From an uncultured Acidobacteriota bacterium (lineage in GTDB: Bacteria; Acidobacteriota; Thermoanaerobaculia; Gp7-AA8), in the NCBI GenBank assembly GCA_963741955.1, contig CAVUKB010000001.1, positions 32,001 through 96,000 on the forward strand: a stretch of DNA of 64,000 bases, in the 5' to 3' direction. Positions 8,641 through 19,345 of this stretch are shown here, piece by piece. The stretch's first letter is position 1; every line of letters begins with the position of its first letter. The notes below the pieces were generated by a model, which was given only the letters and a program-made list of their open reading frames with translations, was not told the DNA's origin and did no database searches. The translations under genes and the position numbers were made by a program.

Positions 8641-10689
8641 TTACACGAAGACGTCGCCCTCGGGGAACGGGCTCTCCTGCGTCGGCTCGCGTCCCGCGTC
8701 GCCGTCCTTGCGTGCCTGCGCGGTCGCCCGGTGGTACTCCTGCCGCAGGTGGATCAGCAGAGGTTCGGAGAGCTTCATCACCTCGGCTTCCACTTCGTCC
8801 TTCCTGAACGGAGCGACCTCGGCCACCTCGATTTTCCCGAGCCCCTTCAGCGACACGGAGCCGATCAGCCGGATTCCGATCCAGTCGGCGGCGGCGCCGC
8901 TCGAGCTGATCCCGATGTAATTCGCCCACTCGGTTCGGAGCGACCACGTCTCTTGCCGCTCCTCGTCGATCTCCGATCCGAGCTGTTCGACCAGTGCAGC
9001 GGATGCGACGATTCCTTCGTTCACCAGATGTCCGTTCTGGTTGACGTAGGCGTAGAACCGCCTCGCATGCATCCGGTGGTCGACCAGGTCCACCTCGCTG
9101 GCGAGGGGCTCGAAGAAGCGGCGGACATCGCCGGGATCGTACCCGTGCGCGATGAGGAACGACTGGTACTCTTCGATCTCCTTGCTCGCCTTCCCCGTCG
9201 TCAGTCGCGAGAGCTCGACGATGCCGGGGCCGTAGAACTCCATGGTGTGCTCACTGGATGCACGAAGTGCCTTCATCGGGAGGAGCCGGTAATAACCGAA
9301 GTTCAGCGCGATCCTCAGACCACGGTTGAAAGCGAATCCCTTGTGGCGCATCTCCTCGTAGAATTGCTGAATCTCGACCGCTGCGCCGAGGAGACGGAGA
9401 GCGCGGCGGGTGGTGTAGAACGCGCCGTCGCCGAGAAACTTTTCGAACTGCAGATTGTGCCGTTCGGTGATCTTCAGCAGCGTGCGCTGGAACAGGAGCA
9501 TCTGGCGATAGGAGGTGACTTCCCCCTTCCGGCCGCTCCGCACGATCTCGCCGAGTGTCTCGGAGAATGCGGTGATGTCGTACATCAGCCCGAAACGGTA
9601 GACCATCGGGTCGACCACCCCGGCGCGACCGAAGTCGAGCGGCCGGGTGTTTCGGGAGTAGACGGTCGGGAGGGAACGATCGACCGGAACGGTCTCTCCG
9701 GTCGCGGTGGTGGTCATGAAGACGATCGCCCGCCGGAGCTGGTGCAGAATCGTGAAGCAGCCGAGTCTCCGGGCGAGGGCCTGCAACTGCTCACGCTCCT
9801 GAGAAGAGAGGACGGTGGCGACCGACGGCTGTCTGAAGAGGAACTGTTGAATCCTCGGGTCGAAGAGGATGGCGCTGTCGGCGCCGGCGGCCGGATCGAC
9901 GCCGAACAGAGCGAGTGCGGTGCGGGCAGTGGTATTGCGATCGAGGAGCTCGGCGGTTGCGTTCCGGAAGCGCTCCATCATCTCGCGGACCTGCTGGAAG
10001 TCGACGTGGGCGTATCCGTTGAGGAACGGTTTGAGCTCGCGCAGATCGGGTCCGATGAACTCCTCGGTGAAGATCAGGACGTTTTCCTGCAGCAGCCGGA
10101 AGAACCGCTCCCCACGCTCCTCGTCTCCGTCGAGCATCTTGTTCGCACGCCCCACCATCCGGCCGACGTGGTCGGACATCTCGCTCGCCCAGCGCGCGAA
10201 CGCGCGGTACTTGATCGCGTCCGCCTGAGTGCGGGCCGCCTGCGTGTCGATCGCTCCGATCCGTCTCGCGACGCTGGAGAACTGCCTCGAGACATCGAGT
10301 GAATGGGCGAGCCAGAAGACGGCGTGATAGTCGGCGAGAAGACTCGAGAGCATCGAGTTCTCGGCGAGTTTGACCGCCTGGATCGAGTACGCCTCCAGAG
10401 CCTGCTGGGAGCGTTCCTTCGAGTCGCTCTGCCGGAGCTGCCAGAGAATTTCTTCGTTGAGCCAGCGATCGAATCGGGTGTCGAGCTCCCGCAACGCGAT
10501 CGATTCACCGACCGGAAATCCGAGGGTGGGGGCCGCGAATTCGTCGGTGAAGAAGATCTTGTACGGAGTCGGGAGGATGTCCTCCGCCCGACCGAAGAGT
10601 TCCTCGATCGTCTTCTCCAGACCGGAAGAGAGGACGAACGGCGAGCCTTCCAGTTTCGGCTCGAGGTATTCGATCAGGGCGTCGCGCAT
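8641..10689 (-). CDS. protein with divergent class III adenylate/guanylate cyclase-like domain
   Basis: LMYDITAFS, FEKFLGDGAF, LRIALNFG and FYGPGIVELSRL match cyclase homology domain motifs in order. Confidence 0.6.
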   Translation of the reverse strand: MRDALIEYLEPKLEGSPFVLSSGLEKTIEELFGRAEDILPTPYKIFFTDEFAAPTLGFPVGESIALRELDTRFDRWLNEEILWQLRQSDSKERSQQALEAYSIQAVKLAENSMLSSLLADYHAVFWLAHSLDVSRQFSSVARRIGAIDTQAARTQADAIKYRAFARWASEMSDHVGRMVGRANKMLDGDEERGERFFRLLQENVLIFTEEFIGPDLRELKPFLNGYAHVDFQQVREMMERFRNATAELLDRNTTARTALALFGVDPAAGADSAILFDPRIQQFLFRQPSVATVLSSQEREQLQALARRLGCFTILHQLRRAIVFMTTTATGETVPVDRSLPTVYSRNTRPLDFGRAGVVDPMVYRFGLMYDITAFSETLGEIVRSGRKGEVTSYRQMLLFQRTLLKITERHNLQFEKFLGDGAFYTTRRALRLLGAAVEIQQFYEEMRHKGFAFNRGLRIALNFGYYRLLPMKALRASSEHTMEFYGPGIVELSRLTTGKASKEIEEYQSFLIAHGYDPGDVRRFFEPLASEVDLVDHRMHARRFYAYVNQNGHLVNEGIVASAALVEQLGSEIDEERQETWSLRTEWANYIGISSSGAAADWIGIRLIGSVSLKGLGKIEVAEVAPFRKDEVEAEVMKLSEPLLIHLRQEYHRATAQARKDGDAGREPTQESPFPEGDVFV

Positions 10690-10787
10690 CGGGCGATCCC
10701 GAGTATAGGCCGTCGGCCCGGCGGGTGAAAGTCCGGCCGGCCGCTTCGTTCCTTCGGAGCGACTGCGACCAATGCTAAGATCGCTGC

Positions 10788-11504
10788 ATGATCGAGACCT
10801 CCGAAGCGGTGTGCGACATCTGCGGCGGGAGCGGCTGGAGAGAGGTCGAGCCGCGCCGGATGGGCCCCTGCGGATGTCGTGAAGAAAGACGAAGAGTGCA
10901 GAGGTTTGCCGCGGCGCACATTCCCGCTCGGTACGCCGGCTGCACGCTCGATCATTTTCACGACCGCGGACATGGTCCGCTGGTCCGGGCCAGGCGCAGA
11001 GTCGCCGAATTCGTCGAATGCTGGCCCGCGTTCGATCGGGGTCTGCTGCTGATGGGACCGCCCGGCGTCGGGAAGACCCATCTCGCAGTCGCCGCGCTCC
11101 AGGAGATCATCGGGCTCGGAAAACCGGGAAAGATGCGGTTCAGCAATTTTCAGGATCTGATTCAGGAGATTCACGCTTCTTTCAGCTCGGACCAGACGCC
11201 GAGCAAGTTCGAAATTCTCCAGCCGGTGCTGGAAGCGGATCTTCTCGTGCTCGACGAGCTCGGCTCCCAGAAGCCGACCTCGTTCGTCCAGGACACGCTC
11301 TACTACATCATCAACAGCCGGTACAACGAGGCTCGCGCGACGATCTTCACTTCCAACTACTACGACGAGCGCCCGCGTGAAGGAGGAGAGATCCTCGAGG
11401 AACGGATCGGCCGCGCACTCCGCAGCCGGCTGTTCGAAATGACCGAGCGTGTCGTGATCGACTCCGATGACTACCGGAAAGTCGTGAAGGCGCGGACCAT
11501 CTGA
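10788..11504 (+). CDS. DnaC/IstB-like AAA+ ATPase (putative helicase loader)
   Basis: N-terminal CDICGGSGW..CGC, Walker A GPPGVGKTHL, LLVLDELG, TIFTSN, SRLFEM. Confidence 0.85.
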   Translation: MIETSEAVCDICGGSGWREVEPRRMGPCGCREERRRVQRFAAAHIPARYAGCTLDHFHDRGHGPLVRARRRVAEFVECWPAFDRGLLLMGPPGVGKTHLAVAALQEIIGLGKPGKMRFSNFQDLIQEIHASFSSDQTPSKFEILQPVLEADLLVLDELGSQKPTSFVQDTLYYIINSRYNEARATIFTSNYYDERPREGGEILEERIGRALRSRLFEMTERVVIDSDDYRKVVKARTI

Positions 11505-12433
11505 TGACTCTTTCCACCCTCTTTCGCCGCAGCCTCGACGATGTGATCGCCAACTGGCCGTTGATCCTCGTCCGTGTCGCGGAAGGGTTCGTCGTGTTCG
11601 GCACGATCATCTTCTCCATCCTGGTGGCGGTAGTTCCTCTCGGGATCTTCGCGTCGCTGCGCGATTTCGACTTCCGGAATGGCGATCCGACGCGGATCCT
11701 CGGCGCGATCACGGCGGGGCAGCTCGCCGCGGTTCTCTACGCTCTTCTGGTGGTCGGCATCGCGGTCGGCGTGCTCATCGCGATCCGTTCGTTCGTGGAA
11801 GCGGGAACCGTGGCGGTCATGGCCGAGGCCGAGCGCACGGGAACCGAATCGCCGGTTCCCTCGTTCACCCTCGATCGCTGGTTCCGCGCCGCTCGGAACG
11901 GATGGTGGCGAGTCTTCCTGATCTACAACGTGATCTGGGGAGTGGCCTCGCTGATCCTCCTCTTCCCGCTGCTCGCGATTGCCGCGGTCGCCGTTCGCTG
12001 GCTCGAGCATCCTGCGGTGCTCGTCGCGGGATGCGCGCTGGCGCTCGTCTTCGTTCTGGTGGCCCTGGTGGTCAGTCTCATCACCCATCTGTGGACTCAC
12101 TTTTCGATCACCGCGAGCATTTACGGGCGGCTCGGCGCGGTGGAGGGGATGAAGGAGGGACTCCGGCTCTTCCGCCGTCACGCCGGACCGGCAATCGTCG
12201 TCCTGATCGTCTCCTTCGTGATCTCCTTCGCCGTCGGAATGCTCGGCGCGATCCTGAATCTGGCGCACGGCGCATCCCAGCACGCGCCGTTTCTGAATCT
12301 CGTGTTCCTCCCGATGCAGCTGGTGATGTTCTTCGTCCAGTCGGCGCTCGGCGTTTTCCTCGGCCTCTGGTTCACGGCGGCGATCGTCTCCCTGGTGGTT
12401 CGCGGGGGAGGGTTCGAGCCGCTTCCTGCCTGA
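11504..12433 (+). CDS. multi-pass membrane protein of unknown function
   Basis: About 6 hydrophobic segments; start overlaps the upstream stop. Confidence 0.8.
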   Translation: MTLSTLFRRSLDDVIANWPLILVRVAEGFVVFGTIIFSILVAVVPLGIFASLRDFDFRNGDPTRILGAITAGQLAAVLYALLVVGIAVGVLIAIRSFVEAGTVAVMAEAERTGTESPVPSFTLDRWFRAARNGWWRVFLIYNVIWGVASLILLFPLLAIAAVAVRWLEHPAVLVAGCALALVFVLVALVVSLITHLWTHFSITASIYGRLGAVEGMKEGLRLFRRHAGPAIVVLIVSFVISFAVGMLGAILNLAHGASQHAPFLNLVFLPMQLVMFFVQSALGVFLGLWFTAAIVSLVVRGGGFEPLPA

Positions 12434-12463
12434 CGATCTGATCTCATTCGAACGGATGGTTCC

Positions 12464-13675
12464 ATGGACAAGCAGTTTCACGATCTCTTCTCGAGCGATG
12501 CGCGCAACTTCCGTCCCTCCGCGATCCGCGCATTCGCGCGGCTGATCAACGACCCGAACATCATCTCCTTCGCCGGAGGAGTTCCGAGTCCCGCGACGTT
12601 CCCGGTCGAGCTGGTGGCGCGCTGCGCCGATACGGTGATCCGCACCCGCTCGTCGATTGCGCTGCAGTACGGACCGACTCCCGGGCTCCCTCGCTTGCGC
12701 GACTCCATCGCCTCGATCAGCCGGTCGCGCGGGATCGAGTGCGCGGCGGAGGACGTGATGGTCACCACCGGCTCGCAACAGGCGCTCGATCTGGTCGCCC
12801 ACGTCCTGCTCGACCCCGGCGACGTGGTGCTGGTCGAGCTTCCGACGTACATCGGAGCGTCCTCGTCGTTCTACGCCCGGAGCGCCGAGCTCGCGGGGGT
12901 GTGCCAGGACGATGAAGGGATCGTCCCGGAAGATCTTCGAGCGGTACTCGCGCGCCTGAAGAAGGATGGGAAGAACGCGAAGTTTCTCTACACCATCCCG
13001 AACTTCCAGAATCCTTCGGGGCGGGTGATGAAGCGGGAGCGCCGCGCCGAGGTGAATTCCATCGCCGCCGAGGCCGGGATCATCGTGGTGGAGGACGATC
13101 CGTACGGCGAAGTGAAGTTCGATCCCTCCACCGACACCACCCCGATCAAGGCGCTCGGCGAGTCGGCCCACGTGGTCTACCTCGGGTCGTTCTCCAAAGT
13201 GCTCGCGCCAGGACTCCGATGCGGGTGGATTCTCGCGGATCCGTTACTCCTCCGGATGTTCGAGCTGGCGAAGGAGGCGGCGGATCTCTGCTCGGGGATG
13301 CTCGACCAGTCGATCGTCGACGAGCTCTGCGCGTCGGGAGACCTCCCGTCGCAGATCGAGAGAGTGCGGGAGTTCTATCGCGCGCGATGCGGCGTGCTGA
13401 TGGATGCGCTCCAGGCGCGATTCGCGGGACGCGCGACGTGGACCCAGTCGACCGGCGGGCTCTTCACGTTTCTCACGCTCAACGACCGCGTCGACACGCG
13501 GGAGTGGGTGCGGCGCTCCATCGATGCGGGAGTGGCGTACGTTCCCGGCGCACCGTTTTTCGTCGATGGGAGCGGCCTCGAGACCATGCGCCTGACTTTT
13601 GCAAAGGAGCCCGACGATCGACTGCGGGAGGGGATCGATCGCCTCGCGCGAGTTTTTCTCGATCGGGAGGGGTAG
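12464..13675 (+). CDS. PLP-dependent aminotransferase class I/II (LysN/ARO8-like)
   Basis: ISFAGGVP, LQYGPTPG, TTGSQQALDL, PNFQNPSG, EDDPYG, GSFSKVLAPGLRCGW. Confidence 0.92.
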   Translation: MDKQFHDLFSSDARNFRPSAIRAFARLINDPNIISFAGGVPSPATFPVELVARCADTVIRTRSSIALQYGPTPGLPRLRDSIASISRSRGIECAAEDVMVTTGSQQALDLVAHVLLDPGDVVLVELPTYIGASSSFYARSAELAGVCQDDEGIVPEDLRAVLARLKKDGKNAKFLYTIPNFQNPSGRVMKRERRAEVNSIAAEAGIIVVEDDPYGEVKFDPSTDTTPIKALGESAHVVYLGSFSKVLAPGLRCGWILADPLLLRMFELAKEAADLCSGMLDQSIVDELCASGDLPSQIERVREFYRARCGVLMDALQARFAGRATWTQSTGGLFTFLTLNDRVDTREWVRRSIDAGVAYVPGAPFFVDGSGLETMRLTFAKEPDDRLREGIDRLARVFLDREG

Positions 13676-15898
13676 TTGAAGGTTCGAGCTCTCTGGATTC
13701 CAATCATCGCCTCATCACTCGTCGTCGCGTGCGCGACGACTGCACCTGCACCCGCTCCCGCCCCTGCACCTGGAGCCAGGGCGGCCAACGTGCTGACGCC
13801 GCTCGCGACCGCGCCGAAGGCGATCGCGACTCCGGTCGTCCGAGTCGGACTCGAATCCGATCAGGCCACCGCGACCTCGCCGCGCGTTCCGGGCGGATAC
13901 GTCATCGTGACCGGCAAAGGTCCGTGGCAGCTCGGCCGGGGGTTCACTCTGCACGCTCCTCTGGAGAACGCGGTGCCGCGCTTCGGCGTGCAGGTCGCCG
14001 CGCTTTCGGATCAGAGCAGCGCGGAGGCGCTCGCGGCCAAAGCGCGACAGGAAACCGGCGCGGAGGCCGGCGTGGTGTTCGATTCCGGCGGTGGCGTCTA
14101 CAAGGTGATCGTCGGTGATTTCGCCTCCGCGGAGGAAGCGACTCCATTCCGTCAGACCCTGGTGGACAAAGGCTATGCGAAGGACAGCCTGATCGTCCGC
14201 CGGCCGTCGACGCAGACGTTCCAAAAGGAGATCCGTCTGGTCGACGACGAAGGCAACGAATACACCTTCGCCGGGGAGTCGATTCTCGTGCTCCCCGCGC
14301 AGGGCGAGACGATCGAGATCGCCGATCATCCGTACCGCGGCGGCGCGAGGGTGTTCGTCAACAGCCGGGGGCTGCTCAACGTGATCAACGAGCTCAACCT
14401 CGAGGATTACGTGCGCGGCGTGATCCCGAACGAGATGGGTCCCAGGACGTATCCCGCCCTGGAGGCACTAAAGGCTCAGGCGCTCGCCGCTCGGACCTAT
14501 GTCTTCAAGCGGCTCGGCGAGTACTCCGCGGAAGGTTACGACATCTGTCCCACCCCGGCGTGTCAGGTCTACAAAGGATTCAGCACCGAGGATCCTCTGA
14601 CCGACCAGGCGGTGAAGGAGACCGAGGGTCAGGTCATCACTTTCGACGGTCAACCCATCGATGCGCTCTTCACTTCCACCTGCGGCGGGGCGACGTCGGA
14701 CGTGTCGACCATGTTTCCCGACCGGCACGAGCCGTATCTGAAGGGCGTTCCGTGTGTGGAGCTGCAGACCACGACCATCACGGGACGAGAGATCACTCCG
14801 CTGCTGACCGAGACTCAGACCGCAGCCCGGATCTTCGAAGCGATCACCGGCGCCCCGGCGGCCGGAAACAGCTGGAGTGCATCGGACGTTGCGACCGCGA
14901 CCCGGGCCGCGGCGAAGAGCGCCGGATTTCCGATCGACTCCTCTGCCCGTCCCGCATCCAGCCGCCGCGGCGACGTCCTCCGGTATCTCGGCCGGGTCCT
15001 CCACTTCGACGATGCGTCGAACGTGCTTCTCCTTCCGCAGGACCGCGCGTATTTCTTCCCCACCAGCTCTCCGGATGCCGATCCGTATCCCGCCGCGGCA
15101 TTCATGATCAAGTACCGGATCCTTCCGAGTCAGAACATCGACAAGGTCGACCTCGACGCGGCCATGCCGCGCGACGAACTGCACGCCGTTCTGTATCACT
15201 GGATGGAGAACTACGGCGCGCTGAGCGAGGTGAAGGGAGTGCTGGCGACCGCCGACGGGCGCGCCCTGTCGCTCCGGGCCGGCGGGAAGACCCTCTCCTA
15301 CACTCTCCCGGACGGTATTCCGCTCTTCCGCGTGATCAACGACCGCGCGCAGGAACAGCAGAGCGTGACCACCATGACCGGCGACCGGGTCACGGTATTC
15401 GCCGACCGGAGTGGAAGAGTCGGGGCGCTCGAAGTGGAAGGAAATTACGACGGCGCGGCCTTCGACCGGACCTCTGCGTACTCGAGCTGGGTACGGAGCT
15501 ACCGGGCGGACGAGCTGGTTCCGGCGATCAGCCGGCGCTTCCCGATCCAGAAGCTCCAGGATCTGAGGCCGACCGTCGTCGACCCCGCGCACCGGGTGGC
15601 GGAGATGGAGGTCACCGCCGAAGGGGGTCGGGTCTTCACCATGAAGGGAATCGTGATCCGCTGGTCGCTCAAGCTTCCGGACAACCTCTTCTGGATGTCG
15701 AAGACGAAGGATTCCGACGGTGTCGATCGCTATACGTTCTTCGGGAAGGGATGGGGACACGGAACCGGGATGTGCCAGGTCGGCGCGTATGGAATGGCCG
15801 TCCGCGGCTGGACCGCCGACAAGATCGTGAAGTGGTACTACACCGGAGTGGAGATCACGCCGGTGTCGTCGCTGACTGCGGCGAACGCCACGCCGTAA
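13676..15898 (+). CDS. SpoIID/LytB-domain lipoprotein with SPOR domain
   Basis: Lipobox LVVAC; SPOR-like VQVAAL..YKVIVGDF; LEDYVRGVIPNEM, EALKAQALAARTY, CQVYKG, GWGHGTGMCQVGA. Confidence 0.88.
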   Translation: MKVRALWIPIIASSLVVACATTAPAPAPAPAPGARAANVLTPLATAPKAIATPVVRVGLESDQATATSPRVPGGYVIVTGKGPWQLGRGFTLHAPLENAVPRFGVQVAALSDQSSAEALAAKARQETGAEAGVVFDSGGGVYKVIVGDFASAEEATPFRQTLVDKGYAKDSLIVRRPSTQTFQKEIRLVDDEGNEYTFAGESILVLPAQGETIEIADHPYRGGARVFVNSRGLLNVINELNLEDYVRGVIPNEMGPRTYPALEALKAQALAARTYVFKRLGEYSAEGYDICPTPACQVYKGFSTEDPLTDQAVKETEGQVITFDGQPIDALFTSTCGGATSDVSTMFPDRHEPYLKGVPCVELQTTTITGREITPLLTETQTAARIFEAITGAPAAGNSWSASDVATATRAAAKSAGFPIDSSARPASSRRGDVLRYLGRVLHFDDASNVLLLPQDRAYFFPTSSPDADPYPAAAFMIKYRILPSQNIDKVDLDAAMPRDELHAVLYHWMENYGALSEVKGVLATADGRALSLRAGGKTLSYTLPDGIPLFRVINDRAQEQQSVTTMTGDRVTVFADRSGRVGALEVEGNYDGAAFDRTSAYSSWVRSYRADELVPAISRRFPIQKLQDLRPTVVDPAHRVAEMEVTAEGGRVFTMKGIVIRWSLKLPDNLFWMSKTKDSDGVDRYTFFGKGWGHGTGMCQVGAYGMAVRGWTADKIVKWYYTGVEITPVSSLTAANATP

Positions 15899-15955
15899 CC
15901 GGAACGGACGGCGCAGACTCCTGGCCCGCGCTCTTCAGAGTCCGCGGGCCGTTCT

Positions 15956-17563
15956 TCACGTGCCGAGCTCGTACACGAACATGATGATCATGATGGCCAC
16001 TCCGATCGAGCCGGTTCCGATCACCAGGATCGCGTTCCACGGTCCGACGAGCGTCGTCGCATAGACGTACGACAGGCCGGTGAGCGTCGCCAGCGAAAAG
16101 ACGAAGAGCTGCAGCAGTCCCTCTCTCTGCGCATCGGGTGCGGCAAAGAGAAGCTCCCGCAGAAAACGCTGCGCGATGAGGATGAAGAGGATCATCGCCA
16201 GAATCGACGAGCCTCCGATGAAATTGGAGGAGAGAAAAAAGTCGTACGCTCCATGGATGCCGATCACGATGAGGAACGTCACGTTCAGATCGCCCGACGG
16301 CCTCCGTCGCGACTTGCTGATGTCGTACGCCGCGACTGCGACCAGCGCGGTGAGCGCCATGTGGAGGAAGTTCGCGGTGAGAAACCGCCCCAGCGCCGCG
16401 GACATGTCCATCGAGTGGAAGTAGCCGATGTTCTCTTCCGCGGCGAACCCGAGCCCGACCATCGCACCGCAGGTCAGAGCTTCGATCCTCGAACCGCGGC
16501 GGTTCAGCCACGGGAGAAGAGGGAGAAAGAGAAGGAACTTCGAGAGCTCTTCGCGAAGTCCGACCCCGAAGACGAAGTAGATCGCGTCGGGGATCGGCTG
16601 TCCCATCGGGTGAAGCTTGAACACCGTCTCTTCGAGCGTGATCAGGAGGAGCGTGGGATAGACGCTCAGGATGCCGAGCGCGAATGCGGTGAGGTAGAGG
16701 GCCCGCCGTCCCGGAACGTGCTCGTCGGCGCGTCCCATTCTCGAGGCGATGGCGAACCAGAGGACGGCCGCACAGGCAGCCAGAATCAGCGGCCACGCGC
16801 GCGTGCCGTCGAAGCCCGCGGGCCAGAGCCAGACCAGCACCGCCGCCCAGTCGCGGTCGTGCTCGGCGAGTGAGAGCCGGACCGATGCTCCGATCGCGTC
16901 GCTGAAGCGAGGGTCGTGCACGCGCTGGCGGATCTGCTCCCACTTTCCGGCATCCGCCCAGAGCTCGATCGCGTCCTTCAGATCCTCGGCGGCTCTCACC
17001 GGATACGCGAGACCTTCCCGTTCGAACCGCCGCGCGGCCTCCTCCTCGTCTCCGCTCTCGAGGCCTGCGCGCGCGAGGAGATGATTCGCCCACCGGGGCG
17101 GCGGCGTGTGATCGGCGAGCGCAACGACCGGCGCCGCGGCCGCCGGATCGCCGCCGGCACGGAAGCGGTACCAGTACCGGGCGAGAATCGCTGTGGTTGG
17201 GTCGATGTCCGGGCGTCGAAGAATGGACGCGAGATCGACGCTCTGGTGTTCACCACGGGCGAACGACGCTGCGACGAGCGGGTCCTGAAGCGTGTGCAGA
17301 AGGAGATGCTCGTTGTCGATGAAGCCGACGATCGTCGGGAGGCTCACGCGTTTCGATTGCAGCGCCTGACGGTAGAGCGCGTCGGCCTCCTCGAACTCTC
17401 CCATCGACGAGAGCCGGTCCGCGCGTTCCGCGGGAGTGCCTTTCTCTGCGAGGAAGAATGAGACGGCGAAGGCGGACAAGAGCGCGATCACGGCGATTGC
17501 CAGCGCGGGGAGCGCGAGTCTCCGGAGATGCGCTCGCCGTTTCATCCCGTAGAAGGAGCCCAT
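15956..17563 (-). CDS. PrsW-family intramembrane glutamic/metalloprotease with TPR-like N-terminal region
   Basis: GLREELSK, GLGFAAEEN, FLHMALT, IHGAYDF. Confidence 0.85.
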   Translation of the reverse strand: MGSFYGMKRRAHLRRLALPALAIAVIALLSAFAVSFFLAEKGTPAERADRLSSMGEFEEADALYRQALQSKRVSLPTIVGFIDNEHLLLHTLQDPLVAASFARGEHQSVDLASILRRPDIDPTTAILARYWYRFRAGGDPAAAAPVVALADHTPPPRWANHLLARAGLESGDEEEAARRFEREGLAYPVRAAEDLKDAIELWADAGKWEQIRQRVHDPRFSDAIGASVRLSLAEHDRDWAAVLVWLWPAGFDGTRAWPLILAACAAVLWFAIASRMGRADEHVPGRRALYLTAFALGILSVYPTLLLITLEETVFKLHPMGQPIPDAIYFVFGVGLREELSKFLLFLPLLPWLNRRGSRIEALTCGAMVGLGFAAEENIGYFHSMDMSAALGRFLTANFLHMALTALVAVAAYDISKSRRRPSGDLNVTFLIVIGIHGAYDFFLSSNFIGGSSILAMILFILIAQRFLRELLFAAPDAQREGLLQLFVFSLATLTGLSYVYATTLVGPWNAILVIGTGSIGVAIMIIMFVYELGT

Positions 17564-17643
17564 CCGTTCATTCTAGCCCGGATGATTCACGGGCTTTCGT
17601 CGCGAGGAGAAGGAAGCCGTTCTGCCAGAGGATCCCGGCCGCT

Positions 17644-18795
17644 CTACTCCGTCGACAGCACCATCGCGAGCGAGAGCGCGATCCGGCGGTCGAGAAGAAA
17701 TGCCGGGTCTCCGTTCAGATCGAGTCGACGCGCGCTCCGGTCGCGGTGCACGAAGCGGCCGACCGGACTCCCGCCGACGAAGATCTGAAAGTTACTCCGG
17801 AGCGCTCCGAAGAGCCGCAGAAAGAGACGAAAAAAAGGGAGGAGATGCCCCTCCTCGACAGCATATCCGAGCGTCCTGACTCCGACTTCGTCCACGATCC
17901 ACCAGCGATTCCGCAGCAGTCGGTCCAGCGGCCGCTTCTGGAATGACGCGATCACCCTCCCGTCCGCCTCCCTCGCGCTGAACCTCTTTCGAGGAGATGC
18001 GAACGGTGTCTCCTCGGCGACCATCAGCTCCACCTCGTCACGCGCGCTGCCGGTGCCGAAAAGCGAAGCCAGGCGCCGAGGAACCAGAGCCGCGATCAGC
18101 ATCGAGAATCCGACCGTCAGTGCGATTGCGAGAAGGGCGGGAAGATAGAGGTTCTCGGCGGCGAGATAGCCTCCCGCGGCGACTCCCGCAACTCCGACCA
18201 GAAGGAGAACGGTCGCCGCGATCCACTCCAGCCCGTCCCGGCTCGTCTCGATCCGGAAGAGCGGTCTTTCTTCCGCATCCCGAACAGATCGTATTCTGCG
18301 GGAGGAATCGCTGACGAAAATGTATTCGAGACGGTGGTACCGCGATTGCGGCCACGGGCCGCTCGACACCGACTTCTTCGACTCCCCGGTTCCCCGCTTC
18401 GGCTCGAGAGTGGTCACCGCGGGCGCGTCGGCCGGAGAGGGATGACTCCGCTCGTGCGGCTTCGTGTTCACATCGTCTCCCGAACCACTTCGGGAGGACT
18501 GATCGGGAAGGTCTTCGGTGAACTTTCCGAGACTGTTGCCGAGCTTCAGCTCCGCTCCGTCGATCAGAGGCGCGACACGGATTTTCCGGCCGTTCACGAA
18601 ACTGCCGTTCGAGCTGTCGAGGTCGTGCAGGACGAAGAACCCCCGCTCGAAGACGACCTCGGCGTGGTGGCGCGAGACTTTGGGATCCCGAAGGACGACG
18701 TCATTCCCCGGGTCGCGTCCGATCCGCAGAGTCCTCTGCGGATGCAGCCGGAACGACTGCTCACCATCCGCCCCGAAGAACGTCAGTTTCGCCAT
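17644..18795 (-). CDS. FHA domain-containing membrane protein
   Basis: IGRDPGNDVVL..VSRHHAEV..DLDSSNGSFVNG; two TM segments; scramblase/LURP-like C-terminus (inference). Confidence 0.85.
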   Translation of the reverse strand: MAKLTFFGADGEQSFRLHPQRTLRIGRDPGNDVVLRDPKVSRHHAEVVFERGFFVLHDLDSSNGSFVNGRKIRVAPLIDGAELKLGNSLGKFTEDLPDQSSRSGSGDDVNTKPHERSHPSPADAPAVTTLEPKRGTGESKKSVSSGPWPQSRYHRLEYIFVSDSSRRIRSVRDAEERPLFRIETSRDGLEWIAATVLLLVGVAGVAAGGYLAAENLYLPALLAIALTVGFSMLIAALVPRRLASLFGTGSARDEVELMVAEETPFASPRKRFSAREADGRVIASFQKRPLDRLLRNRWWIVDEVGVRTLGYAVEEGHLLPFFRLFLRLFGALRSNFQIFVGGSPVGRFVHRDRSARRLDLNGDPAFLLDRRIALSLAMVLSTE

Positions 18796-18919
18796 CCGTC
18801 CAATTCTAACGTAAACGATGATCAGCGAAAGGCTTATCGAATGAGCTCGGAATCGAGAGTCGGGTTCGCTGCTCCGCTTTCTCGCGACGAGGCGGTGCGA
18901 GAGATCCAGGGCCGGTCTC

Positions 18920-19345
18920 TCAGGTCCGGGGCGGGAGCTGGACCGGTGCGGAGAGTTTCTCCGTGATCGTTTCCACGAGCTCCGCGATCGTGATGGGCTT
19001 GAAAAGCACGCCGAGGACCGCGTGGTGCATGTCTTCCGTCTCCTCGATCGAATGACCGGTCAGAACGATGACCGGAATCATGTCACTGCCGTCCACGGGA
19101 TTGATCTTCTCGAGCAGCTCCCATCCGCTCATGACCGGCATGATGAGATCGAGGAGAACGAGATCGGGGCGTTCGTGCTCGACGCGGGTGAGCGCCTCGG
19201 CACCATTCGCGGCCAGCTTCACCTCGAATCCACGGCGGTTCAGACCGAGCGCATACAGCCGGCGGAGCTCGGGGTTGTCTTCCACGACGAGGATCTTCAG
19301 CCGGCCCTTCATCTCCCACTTCAGCCGTGCAGTTTCCATGCACAT
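18920..19345 (-). CDS. single-domain response regulator
   Basis: ILVVEDN, DLVLLDLIMPVMSG, VLTGH, KP; start could be a few codons later. Confidence 0.88.
   Translation of the reverse strand: MCMETARLKWEMKGRLKILVVEDNPELRRLYALGLNRRGFEVKLAANGAEALTRVEHERPDLVLLDLIMPVMSGWELLEKINPVDGSDMIPVIVLTGHSIEETEDMHHAVLGVLFKPITIAELVETITEKLSAPVQLPPRT

Noticed and set aside
8386-10302. Long antisense or alternative-frame ORFs (e.g. 8386-10302 +, 5765-7324 +, 11471-13171 -, N-terminal part of 59730-62312 +)
   Set aside because: Shadows of real genes in high-GC DNA; no motifs
10788-11504. IS21 IstB helper of a transposon
   Set aside because: No istA or IRs nearby; coupled to housekeeping-type genes; N-terminal Zn motif fits a DnaC-like loader
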